A stretch of 64,000 bases of DNA from Octopus vulgaris (Eukaryota): positions 44,268,001-44,332,000 of the forward strand of contig OX597815.1 of the NCBI GenBank assembly GCA_951406725.2, in the 5' to 3' direction. The notes below the pieces were generated by a model, which did no database searches, had not been told where the DNA came from, and worked only from the letters and a program-made list of their open reading frames with translations. Position numbers and translations under genes: made by a program. Of the stretch, positions 1 through 12,714 are shown piece by piece (within the stretch, counting starts at the first letter, position 1; every line of letters starts with the position of its first letter).

Positions 1-235
1 AATTGAAAACTATTATATAATTGTATAATAAAATAAACAATGACAATATCTGTGCGGCCATGTGCGTTTGTGGGTGTGCATGGATATATATATATATATA
101 TATTATATTATATTAAATTAGAGATAAAACCACTATTAGGCAAATCAAACAATGAAAAACTTAAGCCAATACATAAAATTAATTAATTTATATTATTTTA
201 AATATATATCAAAACTATTAAAAGTTTAATAAAAG

Positions 236-279
<44 letters not shown>

Positions 280-328
280 CATAGATATGAGAGGGAATTT
301 GGTAGACGGAAACTGAAAGAAGCCAGTC

Positions 329-388
<60 letters not shown>

Positions 389-635
389 GTGTGTGTGTGT
401 ATTTGTGTGTGTGTCTGTGTTTGTCCCCCCACCGTCACTTGACAACCTATGTTGATGTGTCTACGTCTCCATAGCGGATCTACTTCTAGCATAAGGGTTA
501 TCCACATGGTGGTCATCCCTCTCATATGTATGTAATACAATTTTCTGAACCGTCAGATTTTAATATGCTAGACCACTTGTTTTAAATTGATGTTAATGAA
601 ATTAATATCCAATTTTTCACCCTCATTTTAAATTT

Positions 636-655
636 AGATAGATAGATAGACAGAC

Positions 656-731
<76 letters not shown>
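636..731. repeat. (GATA)n microsatellite, representative of many simple repeats across the window
   Basis: Direct reading. Other long tracts: (CA)n 2498-2576, (TACA)n 5415-5568, (TATG)n 18851-19000, (ACT)n 37330-37410, (ATT)n 56058-56310. Confidence 0.98.
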
Positions 732-732
<1 letters not shown>

Positions 733-757
733 TATGGACAATATACCGGGAATTTAT

Positions 758-985
758 GTATAGACGGTAGGAGAAACGTCTAGGGAAGAAGCTGGGTAGG
801 TAAGAACTTAGTAGCCGAGTTCCCTCAACTTCTGGAGCGTCATTAGTGAAACGTGTGGTCGAGCATTGTCATGAAGAATGATTGGCCCTCATCTGTCGTC
901 CAATCTGTGACGGAGTACCTATTTTCGTTCATTTTGGCAATATGTTTCTGCAGTAATGATTTTTCCAGGTTTTAAGAAGTTTCTT
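758..985 (-). mobile_element. Degraded mariner transposase fragment (catalytic region)
   Basis: Minus strand reads ITAETYCQ...[42 protein letters not shown], matching mariner HDNARPH and YSPDL(A/S)P motifs. Confidence 0.85.
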
Positions 986-1565
986 GGCCTTCTCTTCATT
1001 CTCATCACTTTCCCTCCTTTTTTACCTCACTCTGTCCTTTTCCTTGTTTTCTCTCTTTCTTGTCCCTTCCTAATTCTTCAATCCCTCTACCCCCTACCTC
1101 TCTCCTCTCCTTCCACGTGACCGATGTTCGGCCAAGCCTGATCTTTCTTTCTTTGTTTCACTACCATCCGTGTAGCATCTCTTATATTCCTTCCTATGAT
1201 GCTCATCCTCTATGCTCCTGCCGTAAGGCTTCACTTCCACACAAGCCAGCTTAATTTAATTCGTCCTTAGTCGAAAGACACCTGTTGTTAATGTCCTGTT
1301 GTTTGTATTTGTAATTGTGTACAATTTCACCGTTTATTATTTTTTTTCGTCCTTGTTTTCGTATACATTTGCTAGCTTTCTGCCAAAGAATATAGTGCTC
1401 TTAGCTTAGATTTTCTTGTGGCCTGCTTGATTAGAGCAGTCTCGAGAGTAACCGGCCGAAACTGCAAAGATGGTCTGGTGCTCGACTGAAGAAACTGTAA
1501 AGATGATCTGGTGCTCGACTGAAGATTGAAAGCTCCGAATGATCCGTCCTTGTTTTACCTGTCCT
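985..1565 (+). mobile_element. Penelope-like/retrozyme-like non-coding repeat, family P1
   Basis: Homologous to 54600-54900 (minus), e.g. shared gccagcttaatttaattcgtccttagtcgaaagacacctgttgtt. Also related to 30438-30580 and 33765-33880. Carries a hammerhead-like motif. Penelope-like assignment is inference. Confidence 0.6.
1436..1530 (+). ncRNA. Reverse-order hammerhead-like ribozyme motif (GUC site) with a 33-nt internal duplication
   Basis: GCAGU-C-UCGAG (1436-1446), GAAA-CUGC (1458-1465), CUCGA-CUGAAGA (1481-1492, repeated 1514-1525). Stem II is weak. Confidence 0.6.
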
Positions 1566-1757
1566 TCTAACTCATGATAGATCGCTAGCCACTACACAAT
1601 CTTTATTTTCTCTCCCTGTTTCTTTCTGTGTTCCTTTCTGTGGAAGGGCATAGGCTCGAAACGTTAAAGACTTTTTCACTTAATCTAATACATCTGTTTG
1701 TTGTCTACACCACCCACCACCTGTTTTCGTCTTTTGTTCTTTTTTGTGAATTCTCCT

Positions 1758-1758
<1 letters not shown>
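1566..1758 (+). mobile_element. Penelope-like terminal repeat fragment, family P2
   Basis: Second copy at 29425-29590 (minus). Contains a minimal hammerhead and ends in (TA)n. Confidence 0.65.
1634..1669 (+). ncRNA. Minimal type I hammerhead-like motif (core variant CUGUGGA)
   Basis: CUUU-CUGUGGA-A-GGGC[AUAG]GCUC-GAAACGU-U-AAAG. Palindromic stem III (ACGU), as in Penelope-associated minimal hammerheads. Confidence 0.6.
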
Positions 1759-1816
<58 letters not shown>

Positions 1817-1847
1817 ATATGTATATGTGTATGTATATATATATAAG

Positions 1848-1938
<91 letters not shown>

Positions 1939-2495
1939 TCAGCCTCATAGTGTGTTACCTGCAACTAGTATCTTCTACTTTAACCCCTTGTTGCCCAAAT
2001 GCTTGTGAGTGGATTTACTAGACAGAAACTAAATGAAGTCTGTCGTATATGCATATATCTGTGTGTGTGTGTGTCTAGATCTGTGATTGTATCTTTGAGT
2101 ATGTGCTTGTCCCACTCCCCACCATCTGTTGATCAACGGTGTTATTTAGGCAAATGAGACCTATAGAATAAGTACCAATACTGGCTCGTATTTGTTCGAA
2201 TAAAACGAGCCAAGTAGATGCCCCATCATGGCCATAGTAAGACATAAAACATACGTATGCATGCATGTATGTATGTACGTACGTATGAAATATACGCCCG
2301 CATCGCCCGTCTGTCTCACCAGAGAAAAAAACATAACGTGCGCGCACTCAGCAATCATCAAACGCAACCTGTATTAATCACCCACTGGTTTGTACTCGGT
2401 TCCTATTACAAAACTGTGCAATGATCTACATCCGACAACTAGGTGAGGTCACAGAATATAAAGCCAAAGTGTCTGAGTTCAGGAAAACACACATT

Positions 2496-2579
<84 letters not shown>

Positions 2580-3113
2580 AGGAAAAAATGTGACAATACG
2601 TGCGGTTTAGAAGGCATGAACTGCGACAGCGAAAATCTACAGCAAAGAAAGAAACATTGGAATGCAAATATTGTTTTCAAATTTCAGCACAAGGCCAGTA
2701 AGTTCAGGGCTGTGGGTAAGCCTATTACATCGCTTCCAATGCTTGGTTGGTGCTTATTTTATTGATCCCGAAAGGATGAAAGGCAAAGTTGAGCATACGA
2801 AATGCCGCCAAGCGTTTTTCCCGTCATGCTAACTATTCTGTGTTGGAATGCAAATATTGATGCATGTTTTGCTAACAAATATGGGTGATACCTATGAATA
2901 ATAGTTAGGGAAATAAGCTGACCACATTACCCTACCATACTCCATCTTTCTCTTCAATTCTCTGTCTTTCTGTCTGTCTGTCTCTCTCGCTGTCCCTCTC
3001 TTTCTCTCTCTCACTCCCTTTCTCTCTCTATCTCTCTCCTCTTTCTCTCTCCATCTCTTTCACTTAGACTCACACAAGCGTACAAACATGCACACACACA
3101 CTCTCTCTTTCTC

Positions 3114-3144
<31 letters not shown>

Positions 3145-3153
3145 GACTCACTC

Positions 3154-3207
<54 letters not shown>

Positions 3208-3229
3208 ACTTTAGCTGTCTATGTCTGTC

Positions 3230-3264
<35 letters not shown>

Positions 3265-3487
3265 ATCTATCTATCCCTCCGTTTCTCACTTTCTAACACT
3301 ATCTTTCCTCTAACTTTGTCACGTTTTGTCTGTGCGTAGAGAGAGCGAGGGAAACAGGTAGAGAATGTAGTCCATGCATACGTATATACATACATACAAA
3401 CATACATACATGTATGTTCATACACAGACATATTTATTCTCTCACACGGATATATATATATATATATTTATTTTCTATTTTAAAATA

Positions 3488-3760
3488 GGCGTAAGAGTGG
3501 CTGTGTGGTAAGTAGCTTGCTTACCAACCACATAGTTCGGGGTTCATTCTTACTGCGTGGCACCTTGGGCAAGTGTCTTCTACTATAGCCTCGGGCTGAC
3601 CAAAGCCTTGTGAGTAAATTTGGTAGATGGAAACTGAAATGAAGCCCGTCGTATACATGTATATATCTATGTGTGTGTATATGTTTGTGTGTCCGTGTTT
3701 GTCCCCCCAACATCGCTTGACAACCGATGGTGGTGTGTTTACGTCCCCGAAACTTGCTGG
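3488..3760 (+). mobile_element. tRNA-derived SINE family A, 3'-truncated
   Basis: A/B-box-like head plus CORE-like accttgggcaagt; matches the full copy at 20665. Confidence 0.85.
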
Positions 3761-4124
3761 TGGACAAACAGAGACACACAAACATACAAACATACATACA
3801 CGTATATATATGTATATGTATGTATGTATGTATGTATGTAGGTAGGTAGGTAGGTAGGTAGGTAGGTAGGTAGGTATGTAGGTAAGTAGGTAGGTAGGTA
3901 GGTAGGTGCAAATTTGTATGTTTTATGTATGTATTCTCATGCATATAACTGGATATATAGATATGCTCATATATATTTAAATGACAAACTTCTAGAAAGT
4001 TTTACAGATTTTTACAGTTCCAGTGATGGATTGGATGTGTAGTGTTCGAATTAGCTTTCTCGCGTAAGTATGTATATGTACAGAGTATGTATATGTGGAT
4101 ACGAAACATATTTAGATATACTCT

Positions 4125-4512
4125 CTCTTTTACTAGTTTCAGTCATTTGACTACGGCCATGTTGGAGCACCGCCTTTAGTCGAGCAAATCGACCCCAGGA
4201 CTTATTCTTTGTAAGCCTAGTACTTATTCTATCGGTTTCTTTTGCCGAACCGTTAAGTTTCGTGGACGTAAACACACCACCATCGGTTGTCAAGCGATGG
4301 TGAGGGGACAAACACAGACACACAAACAGACACACACGCACCACATATATATATATACACATATACGATGGGCTTCTTTCAGTTTCCGTCTACCAAATCC
4401 ACTCACAAGGCTTTGGTCGGCCCGAGGCTATAATAGGTGCCACGCAGTGGGACTGAACCCTAAACCATGTGGTTGGTAAGCAAGCTACTTACCACACAGT
4501 CACTCCTTCGCC
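4125..4512 (-). mobile_element. SINE family A, near full length
   Basis: Reverse complement of the 20665-21080 copy. Confidence 0.9.
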
Positions 4513-4906
4513 TTACATTTTCCTATAACACATTCACACCTAAATGTCGGTGCATGTGCTAATCTATGAATAGGTCTAGCCTCATAGAAACATATACACA
4601 TAATGCATACCGTCACAGACACTTAGAGAATAAATGAACTTGTAAGGGCTGTCAATACTACCTGGGTCCATTGTTACACCTACGTATGATGTGTGATTAT
4701 TCACACTTTGGGTGGAGTAAGTTTCAGGTAAATAAAGTGAATAATAAAAAGGAAATGGAAAAGACTTGATTCTAGCTCAAAATGAAGTGAGAAATTTCTA
4801 TCGATGTATGAATGCATCTTCCGTTAATTTTATATATTTTGTTTAGGTGTGTGTTTATATTGTATACACACACACACGCACAAACACACACACGCACACA
4901 CACACA

Positions 4907-4942
<36 letters not shown>

Positions 4943-5081
4943 CATTCAATTATAAATACATACACTCACGCGTACGCGTTTGGTCTTAAAAGCAGGACTG
5001 CATCCATAAAGTTAAATTTATATCATACATATTTATGTATGTGTGTGTGCATGTATGTGTATGTATGTGTATATATGTGTA

Positions 5082-5127
<46 letters not shown>

Positions 5128-5243
5128 TGCACACATACATAAAGGTAAATGATATAAACTTCACTGTGTATATCTATATGTATATATATATACACGCACA
5201 CACATATATATATATATATTTGTATGTGTGTGTGTATGTATGA

Positions 5244-5295
<52 letters not shown>

Positions 5296-5451
5296 GTGTA
5301 TACAAATATACAACAATATATATATATATAAACATATATATGTGTGTGTGTGTACATATATATATGTTTGTATGAATGTGTATATATACATTCATACAAG
5401 CATACATACTTGTATGCATACATACATACCTACATACATACATACATACAT

Positions 5452-5486
<35 letters not shown>

Positions 5487-5911
5487 TACATACATACATA
5501 CATACATACATACATACATACATACATACATACATACATACATACATACATACATACATACATACATACTTGCTTACATTCTCTGTCGGCGACGCCAGTG
5601 TTCTGTAGTATCCCGTGCAAGGTTCCACTAGAAAAGTGAGGACGGACAATGATTTTTTGTGCAAATAACAATATGAGTTTTTCTGTAATAATCTAATTGA
5701 AAGTCATTTCTCACTGTCATTTGATGTTACACTAGAAAAACTGAATGAAACAGGTAAGACGGTTAATGTCTATTATCTGTTACAGCAACACACGCTTTAC
5801 AAAAGCAATTCTGTTTCGGAATTTTTCTTCGACACAAAGGGTGATGTCATCAAAATTCAGATTTTTGTCATGTCATGTATACATGATAATTGTGCCAATA
5901 TTTTCCACTTT

Positions 5912-6247
5912 TACGGATTCCATGGACAGCGAGGCTCACCAATGGAGAAGTTCTTACGCAGATCAGGCAGAAAATGTCGCTAGAATCTAGGATCACCAAG
6001 CATAGGTTGGCATATTTTGTTCATACTATACGGAGAAAATCCCTGGAGAAGGACATCATGCTCGGAATGGTCAGTGGCAAGAGAGGAAGAGGCCAACCAA
6101 GAACCCGTTGGCTTGACACCATCAAGAGTGATACCGGGATGGACATAGCCAATCTGAAAAAATCGGCCCAGGATAGAACTGACTGGAAGACACTGATCCA
6201 TCGAGTAACCGAGAGTCGACTTCGACTGAGCGGATAGATGGAGATGG
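5912..6247 (+). mobile_element. RTE-clade LINE 3' end, 5'-truncated, with 12-bp TSD
   Basis: RIPWTAR..NxEVL..LEKDIMLGMVSGKRGRGQPRTRWLD is an RTE/BovB-like C-terminus, followed by a (GATGGA) tail. TSD attttccacttt at 5900-5911 and 6248-6259. Confidence 0.95.
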
Positions 6248-6644
6248 ATTTTCCACTTTGATTGCCATCAATTCTGTATATATTTCTCGATTCTCTTCCG
6301 CTTAGTTACAATAACGCACACTGCAAAACGATAATCCTTTTGCTTCGGTCTTTTACCATAAAACGAAAGACGCTGTTGTCAATATTCAGCTTTCTTGGCA
6401 TGTCTTCTATGACATGATAATTGTGCCAACATTTTCCAATTTGTTTGCCATGAAATTCTGCAGATAGATTGTATCATAAATTGAAGTCAATAAGTTTTCA
6501 GAAACTGGTCGTTTTGAAGAATATCATGGGAAAAGTGCTTCATGAAATAAGACATTTTTTTTCTGAAACTGACATCGGAAGTCCTAGGAAATCAGCTATA
6601 AATACAAGTGCGAAGTGTAAAGTCAAATATGGTATATAGCACCT

Positions 6645-6717
<73 letters not shown>

Positions 6718-7084
6718 ACTTAGTAAGTACCGTTCCTTTACAAATACAATATTACATTGACATCAAAGACCGATTGCGCACAATGAGATGAGATTCGGGA
6801 TGATCCATCATATATCTATATTTATGCGTGTGAGCGCGCGCGCGTATGTTTGACAACAAGTGTTGATTTGTTTACGTCAACGTAAGTAGCGGTTCAGCAA
6901 AAGGCACCGATAGATTAAGTTCCTGTCTAAAAAGATAAGCACTTATTTCGATTTGTTCCACCAAAACCTTTCAAAGCGGTGTCCCTGCATAGCCGCAGTC
7001 TCGCGACTGAAACAATTGACAGATAAAGATACGTGTGTGCATGTACACATGCATATACGTATGAATGTATATTGTACGTATGTA

Positions 7085-7790
7085 CAAGGGGAAGTCAAAC
7101 GTTACCCACACTTTCACCTTAATATATCTTTATTATTGTCACATTACCTTCAGAGCATGCCTGCTTATAGTTGGTACTATTGTGGTTACGTGATCGAAAT
7201 TTGAGCCTGATCGCTCCCTTTTTCTTTCTGGCTTTACAGTGTAAGCATGGCCACTCCACTAGCAATGTGCACCTAAGAAGAACAAAGAGCAGTATCCGAT
7301 TTCTCTGGTCGGAAGGTGTCAGGTGTTGAAATCCTGTATTTTAGCACAATACAGGGAGAGTGCACTACCGCGTAGATGCCTGTATGAGAGGATAGAGAAG
7401 TTTAAAAGGGGCCGGACAAACGTGACGCACGAAGAGAGAACACGAAGATTCAGCAATAGTGAACCGGCGACTTTTATTATCGATGACGTAGCTCGTTCTC
7501 TACAGATTAGTCATGTTTCTGCCTATTAAATCATCCACGATCAGCTCGGCTTCTATAAAGTTTGTGCAAGACGGGGGGTACCAAGACAGCTTACTGCAGA
7601 TTACAAGCGCAAACATCTAGAGGCCTTCCAACGTTTACTCGATCGCTACAACAATAAGGATGAGGAATTTTTTAGCAGAATAGCCACAGATGAAATGTGA
7701 GACCATCATTATGAGGCAGAATCCAAAAGACAGAGTATGAAGTGTAAACATCCAGGTTTGCTAGCGACAAAGAAATTAATGTCAAAATTG
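7085..7790 (+). mobile_element. Mariner element 5' part with degraded transposase
   Basis: TA-caagggg terminus. MATPLAMCT*EEQRAV/IRFLWSEG N-terminus and VCAR..VPRQLT motif, with stops and frameshifts. Confidence 0.85.
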
Positions 7791-8208
7791 ACTTCTTCCA
7801 GGTTAGGATTATCATGGCTTTCTTGAATAACGTGTTGCTATAGCTGGTCTTCTATTGCATTCCGACTTGTGGATATAGTGTAAAAGAGACCCACGAAATT
7901 CCTTGCCCAGCTCTTCAGAATATCTTCACTGTTACTGATTAAGGTAAATTCATCTTATTCTTTCCAATGTCTATACTCCATAGCAATAAAGTAAAAGTTT
8001 GTTTGATATTTTTGTATTTGTATCTGTGACAATAAGTAGGTGTAGATATAATGGGCACATTTTGCCCCTGCTTCTTGTCTATTAATTCCCAAGTAACATT
8101 TACTTGACAACGCCAAATTGAATAGTATTGCCCAGATGTCAAAGCCATAATGATATCTGTTAGGCAGCTGATGATGAATATATACATTTCTATGCTTGTA
8201 GAATGTGA

Positions 8209-8681
8209 GGCGGCGAGCTGGCAGAATCGTTAGCACGACGGGCGAAATGCTTAGCAGTATTTCGTCTGCCGTTACGTTCTGAGATCAAATTCCGCCGAGG
8301 TTCACTTTGCCTTTCATCCCTTCGGAGGTCGATTAAATAAGTACCAGTTCCGCACTGGGTCGATATAATCGACTTAATCCGATTGTCTGTCCTTGTTTGT
8401 CCCCTCTGTGTTTAGCCCCTTGTGGGCAGTAAAGAAATATATATGGAAGGTGGCGAGCTGGCAGAAACGTTAGCACGCCGGGCGAAATGCTTAGCAGTAT
8501 TTTCGTCTGCCGTTACGTTCTGAGTTCAAATTCCGCCGAGGTCGACTTTGCCTTTCATCCCTTCGAGGGTCGATTAAATAAGTACCAGTTACGCACTGGG
8601 GTCGATAAAATCGACTTAATCCGTTTGTCTGTCCTTGTTTGTCCCCTCTGTGTGTATACCCTCGTGGGCAGTAAAGAAATA
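8209..8681 (+). mobile_element. Head-to-tail dimer of SINE family B (tRNA head plus Meta-like central domain)
   Basis: Two units of about 230 bp (8209-8437, 8448-8681). gcctttcatcc..ggtcgat.aaataagtaccag resembles the MetaSINE domain. One TSD, agaatgtgag, at 8200-8209 and 8682-8691. Confidence 0.9.
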
Positions 8682-8740
8682 AGAATGTGAGATTTTGTAT
8701 ATTGTGCTCTCGTGCTTCTGAATTACCCTTCATTGGAATT

Positions 8741-8924
8741 CTGATCCTCGTAGAGTTAAGGATCTTTAGGATTTCTTGGTTTTCTTGGTTTAAGGTGATT
8801 ACGCCATGTATATTATACCATATATTGAAATTCTGATTCTCGTAGAGTTAAAGATCTTTAAGATTTCTTGGTTTTCTTGGTTTAAGGTGATTACGCCAAG
8901 TATATTATACCATATATTGAAATT
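8741..8924. repeat. 92-bp tandem duplication
   Basis: Units start at 8741 and 8833 and differ by a few substitutions. Confidence 0.9.
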
Positions 8925-9362
8925 GCGTAATTGTCCTTCATCCAGATTCTTATGCTAGCTAAAGGAATGGTTAGGGATTCCTAGATTATGGGCATTCTTT
9001 TGCATATTATACAGGTGCGTCTGCGTGTGTGCATGTGCAAAAATATAAATATACAAATATATTTTTCTTCAGTAACAAACAACCAGTGTTGAATATTATG
9101 GCTAATGACGTCAGCAAGCTTGTCAATATGACAAGTTATTGTGATGAGACTCCAAACTTCAAATTTTGTAGTAGAATTTGGCTTTTTTTTCGTTTTTTTT
9201 TTCTCATCAGTTAAGATGTAGGTTAGTGAGATTCACAAGACAGGGCTTTTTATATTGCATTAACTGCGCAAATATTGGTGGGAATCATGGACCTACAACT
9301 TTTGTTCATTGTCCGTAATTCTTAACAAGCGAGTATTGTTTTCTGAGCTTATGATATTGAAT

Positions 9363-9410
<48 letters not shown>

Positions 9411-9411
9411 G

Positions 9412-9528
<117 letters not shown>

Positions 9529-9639
9529 TACATATATATTTCAGTATATATGCGTAAGTGTGTGTGTGTATATGTGTGTGTGCATGTTATTGCAGTGAGT
9601 TCGAATCCTACTAGGGATGATAACTTTTGTAGGTACAGA

Positions 9640-9791
9640 CATGGCTGTAAGAAGGATGCTTCCCAACCACATCTTTTGGGGTTCAGTCTTAGTGCGTGGC
9701 ACCTTGGGAAAATATTTTCGACTTATAGCCCTTGGCCGATAAAAGTCTTGAGAGAGGATTTGGCAGCGGAAACTGGAAGAAGCCAGTCGTA

Positions 9792-9849
<58 letters not shown>

Positions 9850-10190
9850 TGTCTGTCTGTCTGTCTGGTGTTTGTCAGTGTCTGTGTGTGTGTGTATGTG
9901 TGTGTGTCTTTCAGTCTGTATGTTTGTCTGTCTATCTGTGTTTGCTTTTGTTCCCCAGCACCGCTTGACAAGCGGTATTGGTTTGTTTACATCTCCGTGA
10001 ATTAGCGTTTCGACAAAAGATTTCGATTGAATAAGTAGCATGATTAAAAACTAAGGACTGGAGTCTATACACTCGACTATCCTCTTCAAGGCGGTGCACC
10101 AGCATGGCCGCTGTCCAAACACTGGAAGAAGATAATAAAGTGGTGCCCCAGCATGACCACTATCAATTGACTAAAACAAGTAAAAGATAA
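9640..10190 (+). mobile_element. Older SINE family A with duplicated tail
   Basis: Diverged match to family A; tail motif ggtgc.ccagcatg occurs at 10090 and 10140. Confidence 0.8.
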
Positions 10191-10217
10191 AAGATATATA
10201 TATATCATGTTTTTTAT

Positions 10218-10257
<40 letters not shown>

Positions 10258-10273
10258 TAACGGGCTTCCTTCA

Positions 10274-10391
10274 CACTAGCCTAGCTAGAGTGTGTGCCGC
10301 TCTGAACCCGACAGAAACACATATTGCCTTCAGCAGATCCAAAAGTGCCGCCCGGCGCAGACTGCCCCCACTCCACCTAGCTACGCTAGTG
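10274..10391. mobile_element. 118-bp MITE (hAT-like) inserted in a minus-strand SINE A
   Basis: TIRs cactagcctagctag / ctagctacgctagtg. Degenerate 8-bp TSD ttccttca / atctttta (SINE consensus ttctttca). Confidence 0.7.
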
Positions 10392-10583
10392 ATCTTTTAG
10401 TTATCGTCTACCAAATCCACTCGCAAGGTTTTGGTCGGCCCGAGGATGTATGGGGAAGAAATTTGCTGAATGTGCCATGTTATGGGACTGAACCAGTAAC
10501 CATGTGGTTGGGAAACAAATCTCTTACCCCACTGCCACGACTGCATAAAAATATATTCAAATAATTAAAAATAGTTGAGATAT

Positions 10584-10969
10584 GGATGGAAGCACTCCGT
10601 CGGTTACGACGATGAGGGTTCCGGTTGATCCGATCAACGGAACAGCCTGCTCGTGAAATTAACGTGTAAGTGGCTGAGCACTCCACAGACACGTGTACCC
10701 TTAACGTAGTTCTCGGGGATATTCAGCGTGACACAGAGAGTGACAAGGCCGGCCCTTTGAAATACAGGTACAACAGAAACAGGAAGTAAGAGTGAGAGAA
10801 AGTTGTGGTGAAAAGTACAGCAGGGTTCACCACCATCCCCTGCTGGAGCCTCGTGGAGCTTTAGGTGTTTTCGCTCAATAAACACTCACAACGCCCGGTC
10901 TGGGAATCGAAACCGCGATCCTATGACCGCGAGTCTGCTGCCCTAACCACTGGGTCATTGCGCCTCCAC
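10584..10969 (-). mobile_element. SINE family C (tRNA-Arg-like head, OR-type), tail type 1
   Basis: Head homologous to 31364 and 38095. Degenerate TSD agttgagatat / agttaaggtat. Confidence 0.85.
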
Positions 10970-11219
10970 AGTTAAGGTATACCAATATGTATAAACGTAT
11001 GTATATGTGTATGCATGTGTGTGTGCGTACGCGCGTGTATAAAAGTGTTTATATAACACAATATGCTTAGAAAACAATACCCACTTGTTAAGAAATCACG
11101 GACAATGAACAGAAGCTGCGGGTCCATGATTCCCACCAATATTTGCGCACTTAATACAAAATAAAAGGCCCAGCCCTACATTCTGGTCGTAGTTCAAGAC
11201 AATGAATGTGACTCTAACA

Positions 11220-11505
11220 CAGTGGTTCCTAAAGTAGGCGGTACTGCCCCGCTAGGGGCGGTGGAAAGATCCAGAGGGGCGCTGAAGAGAAGTGGAGGCG
11301 ATAATGGGATGGCGAAAAGGAGGCGAAGAATGTAAAAACAACAAAATAATGGGTTAATTAGGTTAAGTTTTATTTGTGAAATCCAGTTGTTTGAATTTGC
11401 TGCAGAAAGTGGTCTATGTTTGTGGTGGTGAGTGGGATGGGAGGTTTTAAGAATGCGGCTTGGGTGCTAAGAGGGTAGCAACACGAATATGTTTGGGAAC
11501 CACTT
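11220..11505. mobile_element. hAT (Charlie-like) MITE
   Basis: TIRs cagtggttcctaaa / tttgggaaccact. Perfect 8-bp TSD ctctaaca at 11212-11219 and 11506-11513. Confidence 0.9.
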
Positions 11506-11889
11506 CTCTAACAGGACATTGGCTAGGTATTTTTTATTCTTTCTTCTGACCATTATGCAGAGGTGTCACAAGATATTAATAAAACTTTTGAGGAGTAATA
11601 TCTATCTATCTATCTTCCTATCTACTTATCTATCAATCTATCGATCTGAGTTCGTGTCTATTTATCAATCAGTCTATCTTTCTTGATATAAGTCATTGCA
11701 CTGCGGACACTCAAGTGCATACATAGACTTTCGAAGTTTAGTAGAGTATATAGACCGCTGTACATATTAATACATACACGCGCGCGCGCCCACACACACA
11801 CACATCATTTCATGAAGGCTAAGTACACCAAAACATCGAAATTACTGCCAACATTCTTCTTGTAAAAGAATTATATATATATATATATC

Positions 11890-12580
11890 GTTGAAGGTGA
11901 AAGTCGATATATATAAGTCTGTGTTTTGACATCATTGCTTTATGGTGCTGAATCTTGGACCCTGTATCGAAAGCACATCAATCAGCTTGACATTTTTCAT
12001 ATGCGATACTTGCGTACTCTCTCCATTATAAAACCGAGTGACCATATTCGTAACAGTGAGGTGCTAACAAAATGCAACATATCAAGTATTGACGCCATCC
12101 TCATCAAAATACAGCTTAGATGGTCAGGTCATATCATTTCTAACGTATGAGTGATACCAGAATTCCGAAGTTACTTCTCTTTGGCTAATTCCCAATAGGA
12201 AGGTCAGTTTGAAGATCACTCTTGCGCTTCAAAGATTAAAAAAAAAGACAATATGAAGCGATGCAAATTTCCCTTTTCTTTCTGGGACAACAAAGTATCA
12301 GTATGCAAAACCTGGCACCAGTCCTGCTACTCCTTAGTTCAAAGATTTGAGCAAAGTTGAATCCAGCATTGGGACCAACTTCGTGCAAGCATGGAAGCAC
12401 GCTGGCCAAACGCTCATTATGGTTTCGTGGCACGAAGCAAAGCAGGCCTTGCGTCCACTCAAGAAAACATACCGTAAATGATCCACAAGAACTCGAGTAA
12501 ACTGAGTCCTCAGCTTGTTCACTTTGCCAAAAGACTTTCAAGGCATCAGCAGGCCTCAAGAGATACATTCGTCTCCACAG
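11890..12580 (+). mobile_element. Degraded RTE LINE 3' region
   Basis: LLYGAESWTLYRKHINQLDIFHMRYLR..IRNSEVL..QLRWSGH..DTRIPK motifs, with stops and frameshifts. Confidence 0.9.
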
Positions 12581-12671
12581 AACATGATTACCCCTTTATA
12601 TTACTGAACCCTCATTTGTCGTTTACTACGAGAGAATCCATCATATGTATGATGCATGCATGCATGTGTGC

Positions 12672-12702
<31 letters not shown>

Positions 12703-12714
12703 TGTATGTATGGA

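Noticed and set aside
7790-9010. Possible old minus-strand LINE sequence around the SINE B dimer
   Set aside because: Only faint RTE-like residues (SEDILKSWA..PNLEE); too degraded to assign.
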